DNA of 63,341 nt from Phoronis australis. Its lineage: Eukaryota; Animalia; Phoronida. The position numbers were made by a program, and so were the translations under genes. Numbering within the stretch: the stretch's first letter is position 1; every line of letters starts with the position of its first letter. Shown in pieces: positions 49,637 through 63,341 of this stretch. The DNA is taken from positions 396,809 through 460,149 of the forward strand of contig NMRA01000073.1 in NCBI GenBank assembly GCA_002633005.1. Direction: 5' to 3'. Below the pieces are notes generated by a model that was not told where the DNA came from, did no database searches, and saw only the letters and a list, made by a program, of their open reading frames with translations.

Positions 49637-50623
49637 GAGGTGCAGACGAGTAGATTAAAGGAGTTAAAAGCATTTCATATTCTGATGGTGCCTACTTGCC
49701 ACGCAGCATTTAGGTTGTAATCCACTAACAAATCACACTGCAGCTTGCCAGTGCAATGCTAATTATCATCAAACTCAAATCATATGCATTTACTCATGTC
49801 CACTGTAATACGAGATGGCAAGCTTACCTTGTTTTATCATTTTGAACTAAGCGTTCATTAAAATTAAATAGGATGTTCTCTTGTCATCAAGCAGCATATA
49901 TATGTCGTTTTCGAAGCATTGTAATTTTATAAAGGAGCAAAATATCAAACAGAAGAAAATACCATTATAAATTTAGTTTACAATTAGTTTTAGTTTCCAG
50001 ATGAATGTGACACTTTACAGGTTTCCAACTACAACACTTTGAGACAACAACCTATGAAATCTTTAAAAATCTTTTAAATCAGTCAAGCATACCACATCAG
50101 TTGTGTAACCTAATGAGTTTTCTATAATGTATGTTATGATACTGGCAAAAAATAACTGAATTCATAGAGCTTTAATGAACTGTGGTCGTGTCTCCACGGC
50201 AACATGACCACTACCAAAACAAAGGGATATTCCAATCTTCATTTTCAACTAGAACGTCGGTTCCAATCCCCTAAGTTCTGGGTTTAGTCAACCTGTTGTG
50301 ACGTCTTCTATCAAGCCAACGCAGTTCTTTTTACACAAACCATGTGACAGGAATCTCCACCATTCGACCTTCACTAATATGTATACGAGCAATATCACTG
50401 CGTAAATATATCACTCAACAGGAAGACTGCATACTGTAAGTATGCTCCACTTGTCATTTATTCAAATATACCGACATTCAAACAATGCCGTCCTCACAAA
50501 AGTGACAGCTCATTTGTTCACAGGTCCATTCCATTCACCTTAAGTCAAAGTACATTCAACAACCTCTCTGACGTCGCACCACTGTTTAAACTTTGTTCTG
50601 CATACATCCACACTTCCTCCGCA

Positions 50624-61126
<10,503 letters not shown>

Positions 61127-61215
61127 CTACAGGGCATGAAAGACAAGTGGGTAAACTAGGGGTGCTTTGGTGTTTCAATGGTTGTTCGCTCATAGGAAAA
61201 ACAAACGGTACTGAG

Positions 61216-61340
61216 GAAGCGGTGTGGTCTAGTGCGAGAGGTGCCTACTTTCTTTACTCGAGGTCATGGGTTCGAGTCCCACTGGGTCACACTGTTAAGC
61301 TCTTGAGTCGGGTTTCAAGCTCCTCAGCTCGGTTTTAACT
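61216..61340 (+). mobile_element. tRNA-derived SINE head
   Basis: A-box-like TGGTCTAGTG and B box GGTTCGAGTCC with a T-arm stem (tgggttcgagtccca). No acceptor stem. Confidence 0.55.
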
Positions 61341-61371
61341 ATATATTAATAAAGCATAAAAATGGTTCCAG

Positions 61372-61759
61372 GGCCCGGTCACTAATCTTTGTACTCGAAA
61401 CTAGTTTTGGCAATTTCTCTGTTCCTTTTGTGCGAACTTGAAATAATTGGTTATCAGACTGCTCGAATACATTATAATTTATGCATAGGAGTTTCTAGAT
61501 CAAGTTTGCCCTTGAAGACCCTTATATTCGTGCTACAAACTCGAGTAAAAACTCGAAATTTCGAGTTCAAACTCGAACTTATTGCTTTAATATTGGGTTT
61601 ACAAACTGTGAACTAAGGGCAATAAATTATCTATGTAAGTTATTTTGTACTCGAGCATAGAATAATAGACACTTATCTTGAGTTCGCCCAAAAGTAGAGT
61701 AGAAAATGCCAAACCTAATTTCGAGTTCCATTTCGAGTAAAAAGATTGGAGACCGGGCC
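61372..61759. mobile_element. Harbinger/Tourist-type MITE in an Ena/VASP intron
   Basis: TIR GGCCCGGTC.C.AATCTTT.TACTCGAAA with a 3-bp TSD CAG at 61369-61371 and 61760-61762. Internal ACTCGA repeats are present. Confidence 0.85.
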
Positions 61760-63341
61760 CAGGTGATCAGTGCAATGGGCCCACATGTGCTGCCTGCGCA
61801 TGTCTGGTACAACATGTATCAGACCGCCTGCAATAATTTTTTTTTAGGTCACACGGAAATAGACGAACTTCGTATTGAATGAGCACGGTTATGAATGCCC
61901 ACAATTTCACAGAACCATTGTTTGGTGGCACCTATGATAAAGATATTTAAAAACAATAAAGGTGCTACTTGTATTGTGTGAAAAATGAAAACATAAAAAT
62001 TTCACTTGTGTCCTAAAAAGAGTAAAACTGTGCCATTTTTCATACACCCTGGGGCTTACTATCAAAAATTCATATGGCAGATCACAAACTCTAAACAATT
62101 TCAGTTATGTTATGGACCAATAGGATTGCACTCACTGTACATTCATTATTGATAGTTTCTCTGTAGCAAACATGATTAATTCTAGTTTATAGTTGGCAAT
62201 TTTTTCTGAAGCTGAATGTGACATTAAGCAAGCATTGAACATCATGACTAATGGAGGTAATTTTCACCAAAATAGCTCACACTTTCTTTGTCCCCCAACG
62301 GAGTTATTTGTACTCAAGCCAGAAATTAAAGCCGTATCGAAAACCACTACGCAAAAAATAATGCACTTGTGTGGATTTTAAAAACAAAACATAAACTTTC
62401 TGGCAAACATGATGCGCACGTGCAATTCTGGCAAAAATGATGCGCACGTGCAATTTCTCAGTTAGGAGCTTCAAAATTAGTAACCCACAAACCAAAACTA
62501 TATAGTTTTTTGGTCTAACCTTTCTACTATTTTTAGCCAAGGCGTGAACCCTTATAAATAGGATCAAGTCATTCTTGGCGATAACTTTTGGGCAGTAACT
62601 GAAGAACAGCTCTACCAGCTCAGCAAAGTATAATTACAATGCAATTAACTACTAATTATGTGTGCATAAAAATTGCGCCTGACTTGGTAATTATCAAAAT
62701 AATATTAATGGTCCTCATCTGAAAACGAAGGTTACCAATTATACCACTAGGTAGCCAAGTTGTTTAATATATATATTCAGAAGATAAGGATGGGTAAAGA
62801 GACTATCAGAAGAATCAATTTTGGTGCCATTGATAACACTTTTGATCACATTTATTCCCCACCAGTTGCAAGGTTCCTTCTTGGGCACAAAGAAATTAAT
62901 TTACCGGCTTCTTGGAGTTCATTTTAAAGGTTTTTTTAAACCATTGTCTAGATCCTTGTCATAAACAATCCCAAGAACTTTAAATAAATCCTAAGACTAC
63001 TTAAGATTTTTATGAGGACATATTACATCAGCACAGTTCTTTCTACTCTCTATACAGCTGCATTCAGTTTTGTCAAGGTGTGCCTAACCCTCAAATATTG
63101 CGTACACTGGAGTCAGGTTATGTAGGAGCTTGTTGACAAGGCTGTACATTTAGTCAAATATTTAGATTTTTTAACTCAGCAAAATTTATACTTTCTGGAA
63201 GTAGAAATTCTGTAAGTTTTAACTTAATACCAACCTACCAGTGAGTCACACGAACACGCTTTTCTCGTTTTCATTTCCATAAAAATCACATCAGTCGTAT
63301 TTTCTGATAACCCCTCATGCAAAGGTGAAACGTTTCAAAAA

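Noticed and set aside
61216-61290. Possible tRNA gene (also 22488-22550)
   Set aside because: A and B boxes are present but there is no convincing acceptor or anticodon stem. Treated as SINE heads.

Overview
This is eukaryotic, invertebrate-type animal genomic DNA: AT-rich, GT-AG introns, rich in transposable elements, with one 762-N gap and two single-N joins. It is not prokaryotic, and most ORF-track entries are spurious. Three host genes are supported. (1) A DUF229 / alkaline-phosphatase-superfamily gene on the minus strand with one ~2.07-kb coding exon and probably an unlocated upstream exon. (2) A complete 11-coding-exon lamin B receptor gene (Tudor + RS + C14 sterol reductase, 572 aa by my splicing) on the plus strand. 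(3) The last 8 coding exons of an Ena/VASP gene on the minus strand, convergent with LBR; its 5' exons lie beyond the window. Mobile DNA includes a ~6-kb non-autonomous CACTA/EnSpm-type element with nested MITEs, a Kolobok-type deletion derivative with ~270-bp TIRs and THAP remnants, hAT- and Harbinger-type MITEs, tRNA-derived SINE heads, and two Penelope-like (GIY-YIG) retroelement fragments. The most unusual item is the Penelope-like insertion at 12489-12851. It has a 12-bp target-site duplication and 109-bp inverted arms, each carrying a minimal hammerhead ribozyme motif. It also shows a strong A-to-G excess relative to its sister copy at ~55.5 kb, which suggests ADAR editing fixed by reverse transcription. 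All calls are by-eye motif recognition; no database searches were run.
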